Positions 38,033-51,818 of a stretch of DNA of 64,000 nucleotides are shown here, one piece after another (position 1 is the first letter of the stretch; each line of letters begins with the position of its first letter). The notes under the pieces were generated by a model, which made no database searches, was not told the origin of the DNA, and saw only the letters and a program-made list of their open reading frames with translations. Where the stretch lies: the NCBI GenBank assembly GCA_964106645.2, contig OZ067046.1; one strand, 5' to 3'. Made by a program: the position numbers and the translations under genes. This DNA is from Podarcis pityusensis (Eukaryota).

Positions 38033-38438
38033 TATAAACCATGCTCAAATCGTTGCACAGGTTCAAAATCCCATAGAAACACTAACAGCGAACTGAAAGA
38101 TAAAAAACTTAAACTAAAAAAGGGGGAGATCGGAGAGCACCATACTTACACCCTAAATAGTTGGGACCAAAATACTTCCAGGAATAGAAGTGGCTTCATT
38201 AGGGCAAACGAGGTATTGACTCACCAATTTCAGTGTACCCTCAGTAAGCCCCAGGCTGCCTCGTTTCTTACATGCAACCAGTCAGAGGGTGGCTCTGCCT
38301 GCTATTGGCTGTGGTGCCACCCACTGCTGACCTTCCTGCCTCCCATCCTGCCAGCCCAAATGGGCACCGGTCATCACTAGCTCCAACTCTATGAGCCTGT
38401 CTGCCCATACAGAACTTTTGAGGAGCTCTGCTTGATTC

Positions 38439-38687
38439 GCCAGTGTGGTGTAGTGGTTAAGAGCGATAGACTCGTAATCTGGTGAACTGGGTTCGCGTCT
38501 CCGCTCCTCCACATGCAGCTGCTGGGTGACCTTGGGCCAGTCACACTTCTTTGAAGTCTCTCAGCCTCACTCCCCTCACAGAGTGTTTGTTGTGGGGGAG
38601 GAAGGGAAAGGAGAATGTTAGCCGCTTTGAGACTCCTTCGGGTAGTGATAAAGCAGGATATCAAATCCAAACTCCTCCTCTTCTTCT
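38439..38687 (+). mobile_element. Squam3-type tRNA SINE
   Basis: gccagtgtggtgtagtggttaagagc head, B-box gggttcgcgtctcc, (CTT)-type tail; further copies at 57074 and 60541. Confidence 0.85.
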
Positions 38688-38945
38688 TGCCCCCATTTGT
38701 CTGCCATACATGTTGTTGGGGGGGGGGATTCAGGAAAAGGCCGTCTCTGTGGCAGCACCCAGTTGATTGCACTCTCTTTCCCAAGAGAGCCGTCTGTGTT
38801 GGTATTTTGCACAAAGTGAATTTTGTATGTGTGTGCGTGGTGGCAAGCCTTTCTGGTTACTGAATGCTAAAAAATTATCTTTTTTTTAAAAAAAACTTGC
38901 TCTTTCTGTAAGCTTGCATCTCTGTATGTGTGTGCTATAAATAAA

Positions 38946-38990
<45 letters not shown>

Positions 38991-40779
38991 ATTCTGATGG
39001 TGTTCACCACCCTGGGCATCCTGGAGATGAACTGGGGAAGCAGGATATAAATATTTTTGTGTGCATTAAATGCATTATGAAAAAAGAATAACGACCATAC
39101 CATCTTAGAGAAGTCCGACTTTGTGCCTAGTGCCAGCAGTGGAACATGGTCCAGGGTCACATTTAAAGAATTATAAATGCTAAGTGTTACTTAGTGCTTT
39201 CAAGTGTTCAAAGAGATTCAGATAGGTTATATAATCCTTACGCATCACTAGGCGACACCAGTTCTTAAAGAACAGGAAGCAGCATATTAGAGATGCTCCG
39301 TAAGGTGCGCAGGACAAAGGCTCTTGCGGGCTTTCAAGGCCGCCCCTTGAATTGGGCTGAGAAGCTGAGGAGCTAGTGCAGGCAAAGAAGACTTGGAATA
39401 CTAATGAATTGGAAGTCTGTTGCTGCTCTTGAGCAACCAGCCTAGATATCTGAGTAGGAGAGAGAGAAATGCAACTGCCCCCCTCCCCAGCCCACCTATA
39501 AAAGCATTTTATATTCATAAATATTTATTATCAATTTAAAGACGTAATTTGCTGGGAAGTTACAGATCTGCCTGCTCCAAATGTGCTTTTCCACACCGAA
39601 ACTGTCCCTTTTCCGTTCTTCTGTTCCCAGTTTGCCTGTTATCATCTCAGCTGAAAGAGAGTGGCACAGAGTGAGGCTCGGCAGCCGACGTGAGATGGGG
39701 GGTGGGGCAGCCACTGGACACTCTCCCTGCCTGATGTGAAACTGAGTAATAATTGGATTTTGCACTCAGTTGCTTTCCATTCTTTGGAATGTTTGTTCCT
39801 CTGAGCGGTGATTCATACTTGACAGTGCCCATTGCAGTATGTGTAAAGCTCCCCTACTATTTAGCTGACATTAAAAATGCTCACCACTGAATCTATAAAT
39901 AGTTCCTAGAAGGCAAGCGGGGATTTTTTTAGAAGGTCCACCAAGAAGCAGCTTTTAATTTTCTCCAACCCAGCATTAGCTTGCTCTTGTGTAATAACTG
40001 TATACCTTAGCATCAGAATGTTCATCTGTACTGTGAGCAGATGTTTTTCTTTTCAATCGGGTAATAAAACAATTTCCCTCAGTAGCACCTTGTTGTGCCA
40101 CTTTGCCTGGGTATGTTAAGTTCTAAACCAAAATAAATTGAGGTATTAAGGATAAGCAGGTCCTGGCTGGCATTTCATATTTGTGTCTTACACTTCAGCA
40201 GGCAAGCTGGCACCCAGGGTGTTCTGTACTGTCTGAAATGGTGTTAAATTAGTCTTTGAATTCCTAAAAATTCCCCTCACTACTTTTGGTCTCACGCTTC
40301 AGAGTATGTGCACTCCCTTAGGATTAGCTTGAGGTTCAGTTAGTAGATCTTACTATGGAAGTTTCCCATTGCTGGTTGTTTACTATACATGTTGCATGCA
40401 CTGGGGTGGTTAAAAGTATATTATTATTTAATTTTCATAGTGCTTTTATGACACATGAAATTCTAGAGAACAACACATTAAAAAAGAGAGAGGAGGACTC
40501 TGCCAAAAAGAACTAACAATCAGTAGTGAAGGAAGCAGAGGGAGGGAAGCAATAGAAGGAAGGTGGGCTTTTAAAAAATGTATCTATAAAGGCTTTAATC
40601 AGTGTTTTTTCAGTTGATGTGCACTGGAGCGCAGTTCCGGCACCTCTCTGGCGGGTGCCATTGCGGGCCAGCGCTCCCCACCCGCTTCTTGCCTTTACAT
40701 ACTTCTGAGAAGCTCAAAACAGACATTTCAAGTCAAAATGCAAGTCTACACTTTGTTAAGATCTATGACTCCACCTTGA

Positions 40780-41133
40780 GGGACGCAGGTGGCGCTGTGG
40801 GTTAAACCGCAGAGCCTAGGACTTGCCGATCAGAAGGTCGCGGTTCGAATCCCTGCGACGGAGTGAGCTCCCGTTGTTCGGTCCCTGCTCCTGTCAACCT
40901 AGCAGTTTGAAAGCATGTCAAAGTGCAAGTAGATAAATAGGTACCACTCTGGTGGGACGGTAAACAGCGTTTCCGTGCGCTGCTCTGGTTCGCCAAAAGC
41001 GGCTTAGTCATGCTGGCCACATGACCCGTAAGCTGTACGCCGGCTCCCTCGGCCAATAAAGCGAGATGAGCGCCGCAACCCCAGAGTCGGTCACGACTGG
41101 ACCTAATGGTCAGGGGTCCCTTTACCTTTACCT
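40780..41133 (+). mobile_element. Sauria SINE, full length
   Basis: Perfect 13-bp TSD tatgactccacct (40764-40776, 41134-41146). Confidence 0.93.
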
Positions 41134-41271
41134 TATGACTCCACCTAGCTCCTAGCCACATTTGGTCAAGCTATGGGGTAGAGCAAATTCTTATTTCCTT
41201 TTCTTCATTCTGTCTCCTGTGTAGCAGTGGCGAGTTTTAATCTTTCGGCCAGGCCTCTACCATTGCACATG

Positions 41272-42280
41272 TCTTCTTCTTTTTTGGCGATCACTTGTAG
41301 CCGAGTAAGATTGTCTTCCATAAACATGGTTTTAACAATGAGTCCGTAAGTGACTGTGGAGGCCAGTTCTGGATCAACACATCCTTCCACAGTAGGCACA
41401 TAGGTTTCTGGGCAGGAGTTGATCAAGGTGAGGGTTTGCCAAGCGTGCCTTCCTCTTAGCACGTTTCTTCCTTTTGTCCTGAGTTTGAGCATCTTCAAAG
41501 TCCACAACACCTTTGGTAAAGGCTGTTCTCCAATTGGAGCTCTCGCAGGCCAGTGTTTCCCAGTTGTCGGTGTTTATATACATTTTTAAAGATTTGTCTT
41601 GAGAAAGTCTTTAAACCTCTTTTGTTGACCACCAGCATTACGCTTTCCATTTTTAAGTTCGGAATAGAGTAGTTGCTTTGGAAGACGATAATCAGGCATG
41701 CGAACAACACGAGCCGTCCAACAAAGTTGATGTTGAAGAATCATTGCTTCGACACTGGTGATCTTTGCTTCTTCCAGTACACTAGCATTAGTTTGCCTGT
41801 CTTCCCAAGTGATATAAAATTTTTTCCAGAGACACCGTTGATGGAATCTTTTGAGGAGTTGGTGATGGCGTTTATAAGTGGTCCGTGTTTCACAAGCATA
41901 CAGTAAGGCTGGTAGTACAATAGCTTTGTAAACAAGCATTTTGGTTTCCCTGAGAATGTCCTGGTGCTCAAACACTAGAAAGTCAAAAACCATTTTGGGA
42001 TTCAGGAAGGGTAGCCTCAGATATAGTTAGGATGTGGTTTGCTAAGATCCTTACAAGAATTTTGCAGGCCGCAGTTAATAAAGAGATGCCTCTATAGTTT
42101 CCACAATCCATTCTATCACCTTTTTTTAAAAAAGTTGATAATTTTGGCATCCCTATAGTCTTCTGGTATCTCCTCTCTCTCCCAGATTTTTTTGATGAGC
42201 TTGTGAAGTTGTTGTGTCAGTTCATTTCTGCCCACTTTGAAGAATTCGGCAGGTATCCCATCAGGTCCGCTGGCTTTGAT
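41272..42280 (-). mobile_element. RTE-clade LINE (non-BovB) with internal deletion
   Basis: RT N-terminal GPDGIPAEFFK...DCGNYRGISLL (~42020-42275) joined to C-terminal KMLVYKAIVLPALLYACET...RMPDYRLPKQLLYSEL; (GAA)n tail at ~41272. Confidence 0.85.
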
Positions 42281-43456
42281 TCAAAGAAAAGCAATCCGAT
42301 GGATTTCCAATGACAGTTGAAGCATTAGTTCTGCGTGCTTTGGCATGTTAGCTTGACCACTGATACAAGATCTTCAGGTGTGTAAAAGAGAACCCAGCAA
42401 TGCAAAAGCTTTACACACATGGAACCAAATGCCCTGCAATAAGCAATAAGTTTACAACAAGGACATTCAAGGCAGATGTACAGTGAGTCCAAAATGGCCT
42501 TGAAGGTGAAGTAGGGAGGCCTGGCAAGCCTAATTTTGCCCATAGGTCAGAGGTTTGTCAACCCTGTGCTAAGCGAATAAAGTCATGTTCAGAAAAGCTG
42601 TCATTCCAACAGGAAGATGTGGGGACTTTCAGGAGTTGATTTCAAGCAGCTGCACAATCTTGATGACTTATGAATTAAAAATGGAAAGTCAGAAAAAAGA
42701 GATAGAAGGTGAAGACTTTTGAACTAGAAAATTGCAGGAGCTGATTGAGGTGACTGTGATCCGAACATAGCTTGTATATTGCTGCTTTGTTGGGAAAAGC
42801 TTCTAGTGATTCCTGCATTCATCTTCTTCCGAACTGAACTCTTAGGTGTAATTTACAAACTGTGAAGTGAGGTAATTTTACATGCTTTTGTTCTGTGTTC
42901 AGTTAGCAGCTTGAAACCTCCATATCGGGCCAATGGGAAATAATAATTTCACTTTTCTCATTCCTTATGCTTCCTTTCTGCATTTTGACACTAAGTGACA
43001 TTTGCGCACACAACAATGTTAGGCACAAGGCAAATGCGCTTTACCTTTCAACAAAATCTTCACAGTGTTGTCACATTGTGCCTGCTAGGCTGCAAGAGTT
43101 GTTTAAAAGAGCCCAATAAACTCAACAGCCTGGAAGTTTGAAGGCTTCGAAATATATGGAACGTCTTCCTCTTTGGTATAGCCAAAGAGATTACGGTAAC
43201 AATCAGGGACAAATCAACAATGAAACTAATGAAGCTTAACCTTCAGGGCCCCTAATCCTGTTGGGGTTCCCAGAAGCAACTTTAGTCCACACTGCGACCC
43301 AATTAGAGTCACATAACTCAATCTGAGTTGTATATATTTGTTGCATACATTTCAATCATCCCAAAGTTTGAGAGTCAGTAGCACAGATGTTGTAAAGGTG
43401 TGCTGATCTGTCATGGAACAAGCCCACTGCAGAAGATAATAGTGGCTACCCAGACC

Positions 43457-43979
43457 CAAAGCTGTCAACTTACAGATTTGAAAATAAGGGACCAGCAGCC
43501 TCGAAAATAAGGGATCAGCAGCCAAAATAAGGGATTTTCCAAACACAGGTATGTTCGACTTCTGAGCCCCTCCAAGCCAAAGGCAGAAAGCCCAGCCAAC
43601 AGCCAAACGAAGCCTCAAATGGTGGTTCCCACAGCGCAGCAACCCGGGAAAGGGGATGCAGCAAGGAAAACCACCGTCACCTCTCCGCTGGGAAGCGCTG
43701 AGCAAAGGCGAGTCCCGAGGCAATGCGGCCGATTTGATCGGCACAAGGCATGCAAGCTCCACCTCCCCAGTCGTTCTTAGACTCCTTATTGGGTGAGCAA
43801 CGCAGCCAAGCAACACAGTTGGAGCCTCCCTCCTCCCTGGCCAGCAGGGAGGGAGGGAGAGGAGATGCTTCTTTTGAAATCCGGGAAATTTAAGGGACAT
43901 CATCAATAAGGGACAGCAGTGGGACACAGCGCTGGGATAAGGGACTTTCCCGCCAAATAAGGGACGGTTGACAGCTATG
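43457..43979. mobile_element. hAT non-autonomous DNA transposon
   Basis: TIR ca(a/t)agctgtcaac / gttgacagctatg; perfect 8-bp TSD cccagacc (43449-43456, 43980-43987); subterminal aataaggga repeats. Confidence 0.92.
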
Positions 43980-44136
43980 CCCAGACCTCATTGTTGGTTG
44001 TGAAAGGGCTTTGGTGACGGTTCAAGCTTCAAGGCCCGCAAAATGTAGGTCCATCACTGATAGCATTGAGATTCCTGCATTAGACGTTTATGTTGTGAAC
44101 TGCCCTGAATCTATGAATGAAGGGGTATGTGTGTAT

Positions 44137-44170
<34 letters not shown>

Positions 44171-46231
44171 CAACCAAATAACCAAATAAAAAAATAAAAA
44201 ATAAATATTGTATATGCCTGAGGTCTTTTTTAAGATACACAGTTTTGCAGCAGAACCCATCTATGTTATTATCCCCGTCCACCTGCTAAAGTCATAAGAA
44301 CATAAGAAAAGCTCTGCTAGATTGGACAAAAGGTTGCCCCCATGATACTATACAGATTTTGAACCTGGAGAGAGCATGGTGGAGGTTTCCACCTGGCTAG
44401 CTAAATAATTCCTTCCCATCACAGACTTACCTAAGTGTAAGTCTGTGTGCCTTTCAGGGGGGTTGAAGTAATAAATGTGTTATGGATAATAGTTTAAGGG
44501 GACAGAAGGATGTGCTCAAACAAGCACCAATAGATCGTGCCTTTCAAATATACCTACTTGAGACAAAACAGCTTTTGGAGGCAGCAAAGACTGTCAGCCA
44601 GTATGCTGATTTTTAAAAAAATCTAATAAGGATAAATTGTTTTGTAGAAATATTATGGACACTGTTGCTATTTTGTTTGCTGTAATCGTTTGAAAAACTA
44701 AAATGGTGCGTAGGGTATTAAGAGGCTATAATGGGCAATAGATGCTGGTGACTTGTTTTCCAGCTCTGTATGTGAACATGCTGGCTATGTAACTTGGCTT
44801 AATAAACCATAACTTGGCTTATTAAGACAAAATATGTATGAGCATTTTGACTGCACGCATGGCCACTTTTCTCCTTCCTTTGCTGTGAACTGATTAACCT
44901 GGACATTAATTGTGGTCAAGGATGTTAAACTCAAATGACTTGGAGGGCAAATCCCCACCCCCACTCCGCGAAAATGCTTGGGAACCACAGTATTCTCATA
45001 AATAAATGCAGGTCCCACCTTCTGAACACAGTGCATTCCCAGGAAATAATTTGTTAAGTGAGCATTCACATAATGAGCTGATGAGCCATTATTTCTTATG
45101 GGAACGTTTTTAATCCATGAGCTCTCTTCCTGCAGCCAACTAGCAAAAGAGAGGCAGAGGAAAAATCTGATTTGTCTAATGTCTCCTGTTCCCTGATTTG
45201 TCTGAATTATCCTGCTTGGTGATTTGTCCGAATCTTTCTCCCCACTCCTTCTCTCCATGGTTTTTGCTTAAAAATGGCAGCCCCTAGCCAGCAAAGCACA
45301 AAAAAAGGAAGGAAGTGGGCAAACTCTGGCTGTTTGGATATCTGAATCAGCCATGTGTGCAGCAAGGTTTCGGCATAATTCTTTGTGTTTGGATAAGCGA
45401 ATTTTCGCATAATGAGCAGGTGGATAGTGGGACCTGTGTGTATTCTGAGTGAGGTGTGGTAGGATTGCATTGGGAATTCTAACTTCTTTATGTTTTCTAT
45501 TTCTCGTGTAGTTGGATCACACTCTGGATAGGTTCACATGCAGGAATGAACTCTGTGCCCACACCTTTACCTCGTCCTCCCCCCTCTACACTCCCTTATC
45601 AATTGATTACTTCCTGATGGTTGGTAAACCAGTTTGCCATTGCATCCAAACTGGCAAACTATGGCATGTACCTACGTTGCAGAATGGGACTGTAAAATAG
45701 TATTTGATCTTAGGGTGTTACACTGATTTGCAAAGCAAGCACAAACCATAGTTTGCCAGCTTGGATGTAACTGCAAAATATGGTCTGTGGCAAATGGCAT
45801 GGTCTGCAGCAGATGGAGCACAAAAGGGGAAGAGGGATAGGGAGTGTGAAGAAGGGAGCAACTGAGTATAGGGCTTGCTCCTCTAGTGTCAAACCATGGT
45901 TTGGTGTTATATGTGAACTGAGTCTTTGCGAATGCAGTTGTATATTCCCCATTAACCCAATTTGAAACAAAGTTTGAAGGACCAGACCACTTTTCTCTAT
46001 ATAAAAAAAGAGCTTTTTCCAGATCTTCATGTGCATGTATTTTCTTGCCCATGTCAATCCGTGACAACGCATTACAAAAGCATTTCTGAATTATACCAGT
46101 GTACTTACGTAAGTCAAGAGATGGCATGAAAATCAACATTATGCAAGAATTTCCAAGTTCAGCAGGCTTGGTTGGAAGAACATGCTGCCTGCGCATTTTC
46201 CTCCGATTAGTCAAATGAATCGTCAAAGTGA

Positions 46232-46429
<198 letters not shown>

Positions 46430-47055
46430 TGATTTTGTAGGGTTGAGGTGGCAGTGAGGAAATGAACCCCAGTAATGAGTGAACGACTAATTCAGATGCC
46501 TTTGTGCACTGCTGTCAATCATGCAAAATAGGGAAGATTAGCAGCAGCCTAATTTTCAGGCTATTAATAGATGTGGCAGCCCTGATTCTGTTCCTCCTAT
46601 GCAGGCTGGATTTAGACCAATGTGTGTGAGTTTTTTTGGTTTTTGTTTAAATCGCTTTCAGCAGATTTACAACAGCTATGGAAATGATATAGCCAGTTCT
46701 TTGGAGAAGAGTCACCCCAATATAGAATAATTCATAACCTTGTTGGATTTGAAGGACAACAATGGCAGGAACAGAGGCATTGGATACTGGCATCAAAGAC
46801 TTAGTCTGAGCCACAGACTGAAGTCTGTGAACTGTACATATTAAACAAAAGACGCCCATTTCCCTGAGTTGCCTCATTTTGCACAATTTATACTACTCCT
46901 TTAAGTCATGGGGAGGGGCAAGAAGCTAATGCAGAGCTATAAGGCTGTGCCCTCAGTTACTAGAAATCTTATTAATCTTCTGAGGTTTCATAAGGTATTG
47001 CCTGTTCTCATTCCAACAGTAAGGACTATAAATTCTCCCAATAGATAAACAAATA

Positions 47056-47744
47056 CAGTGGTACCTTGGTTCTCAAACTTAATCCGTTCCGGAAGTCCAT
47101 TCCAAAATGAAAGCGTTCCAAAAGCAAGGCGCGCTTTCCTATAGAAAGTAATTCAAAATGGATTAATCCATTCCAGACTTTTAAAAACAACCCTAAAACA
47201 GCAATTTAACATGAATTTTGCTATCTAATGAGACCATTGATCCATAAAATGAAAGCAATAATCAATGTACTGTACTATAAAATAAATAAGAAAGTATTGT
47301 AGATGATAAAAATTAAAATTAAATTTTGTTCTTACCTGCACTGATGATAGTCATTGTTTGGAGGGTGGGGGGGCTTTTATCCATTTCCACAGTCACACAA
47401 TCAATCAATCAATCAATCAATCAATGAGTAGATGAACTGGGTTCTACACAGTCACAAAAACAAATTAACTGAAAAAGCCTCAAAAACAAAATTGCAAAAT
47501 AAATAGCAAAAACAAAAGCTCCAAACTTAATCCATTCCGGAAGTCTGTTTGACTTCCAAAATGTTCAAAAACCAAGGCGCAGCTTCTGATTGGTGCAGGC
47601 GCCCCAGAAACAACAGCTGACAGCTGCAATGGACACTCAACTTCCAAAAAATGTTCGAAAACTGGAATACTTACTTCTGGGTTTTCAGTGTTTGGGAACC
47701 AAGGCGTTTGAGTACCAAGGCGTTTGAGAACCAAGGTACCACTG
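47056..47744. mobile_element. Tc1/mariner (Tigger-like) non-autonomous element, ~690 bp
   Basis: TIR CAGTGGTACCTTGGTTCTCAAAC / GTTTGAGAACCAAGGTACCACTG; TA TSD. Confidence 0.92.
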
Positions 47745-48726
47745 TAAATGCAAGCTGAGGTTCTCAGGTAGTTGAGTTTCACACCCAGTTCCATCTTCCA
47801 CACATTTTCTCTCCTCCTGCTTGGAAGTCGCAGCAAATGCATAGTCGTGACGCTAGTCTATGCCTTGCTCTTGTTCAATCTGTGCATTTTCCAGTGCATG
47901 TTTTTCAAGTGCCCAGTGATTTCACAATTGGTTCGCTAAGGTTTCAGACCTAGTCACATTTATTTGGGACTTGATTTCAGCTGAAAATATCAACTTCGTG
48001 TGCATATCCTTTTCCATATGGACTTGCCCTCTCTGCTGAGGTTTGAACGCGTTTGCTCTGGAGCCTCTTTGCTCTAGATGTCCATATGACCTTTGCAGTT
48101 CACATAGGGTTCTGCATTAAGCCATATGCATGCACCTATAGATCTTTATCTACACACACACACACTTTTTTTTAGTCCTGTGAATGCATTTATGAAGGCC
48201 ATTGGAAAGATGCGTGTACATAAGTTGTGTCCAAATAAAGGGCTGCATGATCATTTTGTGACATGCTACTTCCCATTTGGATCATCCCATCTGTGTTTTA
48301 TTTGTTGAAATTAGATAATATTCCTTTGATTTTGGCTGATATAATTAATCATGTGGCCCACTGAATATTTTAATTTGTCCATCTGTTTAAAAAAAATAGC
48401 GTGGACATGAAAACCATTAACATATGTTAATGAATTAATCATTCTGTTTCCAGTTCTGTGCTAGAGTACAAGTTTAATTGCGTGCTTCTTGCCATTCTAT
48501 TAGATTATAGTAATTATTTTTGATTGATTTAATATGTATAGCAATTTATTTATATGAGTAATGTGGAAAATTAAAGTATTAAAGGAGTACATAGTTCTGT
48601 TTAATTGATAGAAATGTGTTTAGGGAGTTTACAGTTACCAGTGACTAATTTGTCCTTGAGGGATATTCATAGAAAGGATATGCTTATAAAACATATTAAG
48701 TTTGTGTCTCTTCCAAATTACTGTAG

Positions 48727-48947
48727 GAATACACGATGGATGTTTTCTTTCGTCAGACGTGGGTCGACAAAAGATTAAGATATGATGGTCCCATTGAAAT
48801 TCTAAGACTTAACAACTTGATGGTTACCAAAGTGTGGACACCAGACACTTTCTTCCGGAATGGGAAAAAATCTGTCTCACATAATATGACAGCCCCAAAT
48901 AAACTATTCAGAATCATGAGAAATGGTACCATCCTTTATACAATGAG
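48727..48947 (+). CDS. GABRA4: GABRA4 exon 4
   Basis: ctgtag|GAA; [17 protein letters not shown]...[37 protein letters not shown]; donor AG|gtagtt; 221 nt. Confidence 0.98.
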
Positions 48948-49042
48948 GTAGTTGATTTATCTATCTTTCCGTTCTTTTATTTTACTTTGCGTGAGAGAGG
49001 GAACACATCATTCTGGGGCTAATTCTATTTTGTTCCTTATAG

Positions 49043-49125
49043 GCTCACCATAAGTGCTGAGTGCCCCATGAGATTGGTCGATTTCCCAATGGATGGTCAT
49101 GCCTGTCCTCTGAAATTTGGGAGTT
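49043..49125 (+). CDS. GABRA4: GABRA4 exon 5 (Cys-loop)
   Basis: ttatag|; (R)[27 protein letters not shown] containing the C-x13-C loop; donor T|gtaagt; 83 nt; not in the ORF track. Confidence 0.97.
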
Positions 49126-50167
49126 GTAAGTCACACAGACCTTCTCTACTTAACGTTTTATGTATGAAACTGGTCAGATAATATCCAGAGCTGCATGGCT
49201 TAGGTCAATTGAAATTAATAGCAGGGGATATCACTGGACTGGTTGAGAAATGGCAGCTTAAAACAAGGGAGAAGGGAGTTGGGAAAAGTTCTGCTGTTTT
49301 GCTTCTTGGTGTTGGCTACTGTGTGGTACCCATCTCTGCCATTTCTCAAAGTTTTGTGTGTGTGTTAAAAACAACCACCCCTCAGTGTTTCTCCATCCCT
49401 GCTTTACTCAAAGTTGTGCGGCTATTTAAAACCACCATGTTCCTGTCAGTGTTTCTTCATCCCTGCCTTACTCAAACTTCTGCTATTGTTTAAAATAGCT
49501 GTCCCCCCCCCTTTAAGTGTCTCTCCCTTCTCACTGTACTCAAAGCTCTCCCTCATCCATTTCTCGCCAGCTCATGTGACAGAGATAAAGGTTGTGGAGC
49601 CCTCTAATATTCCATAGTACAATGTATTTTGCTCCTGGTACCATGTGTTTTCTTCAGTGTGAAGTTCCAGGGGCACTGTAGTAATTTAGAATATATATAT
49701 ATTTCATTAACAAGAAGACACCCATATGTGTACAACACCCATCAACTGAACTTAACCTTCTCTAAGTGAACAAGTTCAATGGCACACTTGCTCTTAAAAT
49801 TCTGTTTCATCTTAAAGATACAGTAACATATATCATCATGGGGTGTGTGCACAAAGATGGCTGTGGGGGCAATCTGGGTGTAAAGAAGAGCTGAGAAAAG
49901 TGAGGAAGGGGGAGGAAATGTGGGGTGCAGGTAAAAATGGGGTGTTGCAAAAAAAAAAGAGGGGAAAGGAGGCAAGGGAATGGGAGAAGTGCCATGAAAA
50001 GAAATGCAGAATAGAATGGGATGGTGGCTTCACAACTGATTGGAAACTGAAAATGAAGCTAATTGCTATGTGTGGCTTGAGGAAGATTCAGGAGTTTACC
50101 AGTAGGGTAGTTTGTGTTCAAGAGGAAGTTGCACATAAGGAGGGAGAGGAGGAGGAGGCATGAATAT

Positions 50168-50508
50168 ACGGCCTCGGCCCAGTATACCTGAAGGAGCGTC
50201 TCCACCCCCATCATTCAGCCCAGACACTGAGATCCAGCGCCGAGGGCCTTCTGGCAGTTCCCTTGCTGCGAGAAGCCAAGTTTCAGGGAACCAGGCAGAG
50301 GGCCTTCTCGGTAGTGGCGCCCGCCCTGTGGAATGCCCTCCCTTCAGATGTGAAGGAAATAAGCAGCTATCTTCTTTTTAAAAGACATCTGAAGGCAGCC
50401 CTGTTTAGGGAAGTTTTTAATATTTAATGCTGTATTTTTTTTAACACTTGATTGGAAGCCACCCAGAGTTGCTGGGGAAACTCAGCCAGATGGACGGGGT
50501 ATAAATAA

Positions 50509-50552
<44 letters not shown>
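50168..50552 (+). mobile_element. L2-clade LINE 3' end
   Basis: Encodes GLGPVYLKERL...RAFSVVAPALWNALP; ends in ataaataaa(tta)n. Confidence 0.85.
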
Positions 50553-50553
<1 letters not shown>

Positions 50554-50878
50554 GGGGTGAAGGTGGAAATGGCTGTAAAGCGGAGTCACTGCAGAATTGA
50601 AGAGAGAAACTGCTTCAGAAATGGGGTTGGGAAGGTGAAAAATTAGCTTAGTAATTGTATGGGGTGGGAAGAGGAAGCTCTAGGGGTTAATATGGGGCGA
50701 ATGTCAGTGGTGGGTCTGGCAAGCACAGCTGAGCAGCAGTTCACTCCTTAGTAAAAAAATAAAAATATAATTATTAAGGTGACTGGCTAATCAAAGTAAA
50801 AAAAACCTGAAGCGCTCCAAAGGCCTGTTGGCATGAATAGGTTAAGACCCAACATTTTAATTGTATGTATTTTTCCAG

Positions 50879-51022
50879 ATGCATATCCAAAGAGTGAAAT
50901 GATTTACACCTGGACAAAAGGACCTAAGAATTCAGTGGAAGTTCCTGAAGAGTCTTCCAGTTTAGTTCAGTATGACCTGCTTGGGCATACAGCATCCACT
51001 GATACTGTTAAATCCATTACAG
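50879..51022 (+). CDS. GABRA4: GABRA4 exon 6
   Basis: ttccag|AT; (Y)[47 protein letters not shown]; donor G|gtaaga; 144 nt. Confidence 0.97.
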
Positions 51023-51818
51023 GTAAGAATCTAGTTGGTGATAATCAACTTAAGGGGTGGAGTTAGCGGTCTAATTTTGTTTTAGCCAAAGATGTTTTGG
51101 AAATCTCAGTGTAGCCTAAGAGGCATAATAAGCATATGACAAACCCTAGACCATTTATCTCCAGGCTTACACTAAAGCAGATAGCCTGTTGCTGCATGCT
51201 GTGCTGTCTCTCTTCGGAAAGCAAAGTGAAAATGGTTGAAAATGCAAGATTGTCGCTACCGACATATTTTCATAGCCGTGCTGCTGGCAAGTGTTGATCT
51301 TTGTGATTTATCATGCTACAAATTGCATGCAGATTGGCCAACTAAATCCCTATTAGAATTGCTGCTGGAGCAAACACATTAAACATAACAGCTATTACTG
51401 CTGGGTTGTTTTTTAAATTTTTTAATATATTTTTGTGTAGTGATAAAAAATAGCAACAGGCAGCAGTGTGAGAAGTGGCAGTGTTTAAGATCTGTGGGTG
51501 TTTTTGTTTTTCATTTTTTTAAAAATGATGGCTGTTGGTTGGTTATATGATTGTATTGCTAAACGCTCTATTACTGGTGCAGTTTGAAACATGCTCTAGC
51601 AGAGATCACGACAGAATTAAGCAACAGAGGGAGCAGATGTAGGCGACAGATTTCCGAGTGTCGTTATTGATAGCAAGATGAAGCAATATTTTCCTAATGT
51701 ATTGGATATTATCTGTAAGTGAGATATCACTGATCTATAATGGAATATCAGGCCAAGATTCTTAGATTGCTCCTTAAGAAGGTGTCTCCGTGATCTTGGT
51801 AAAAAATCTCAGTATGTA

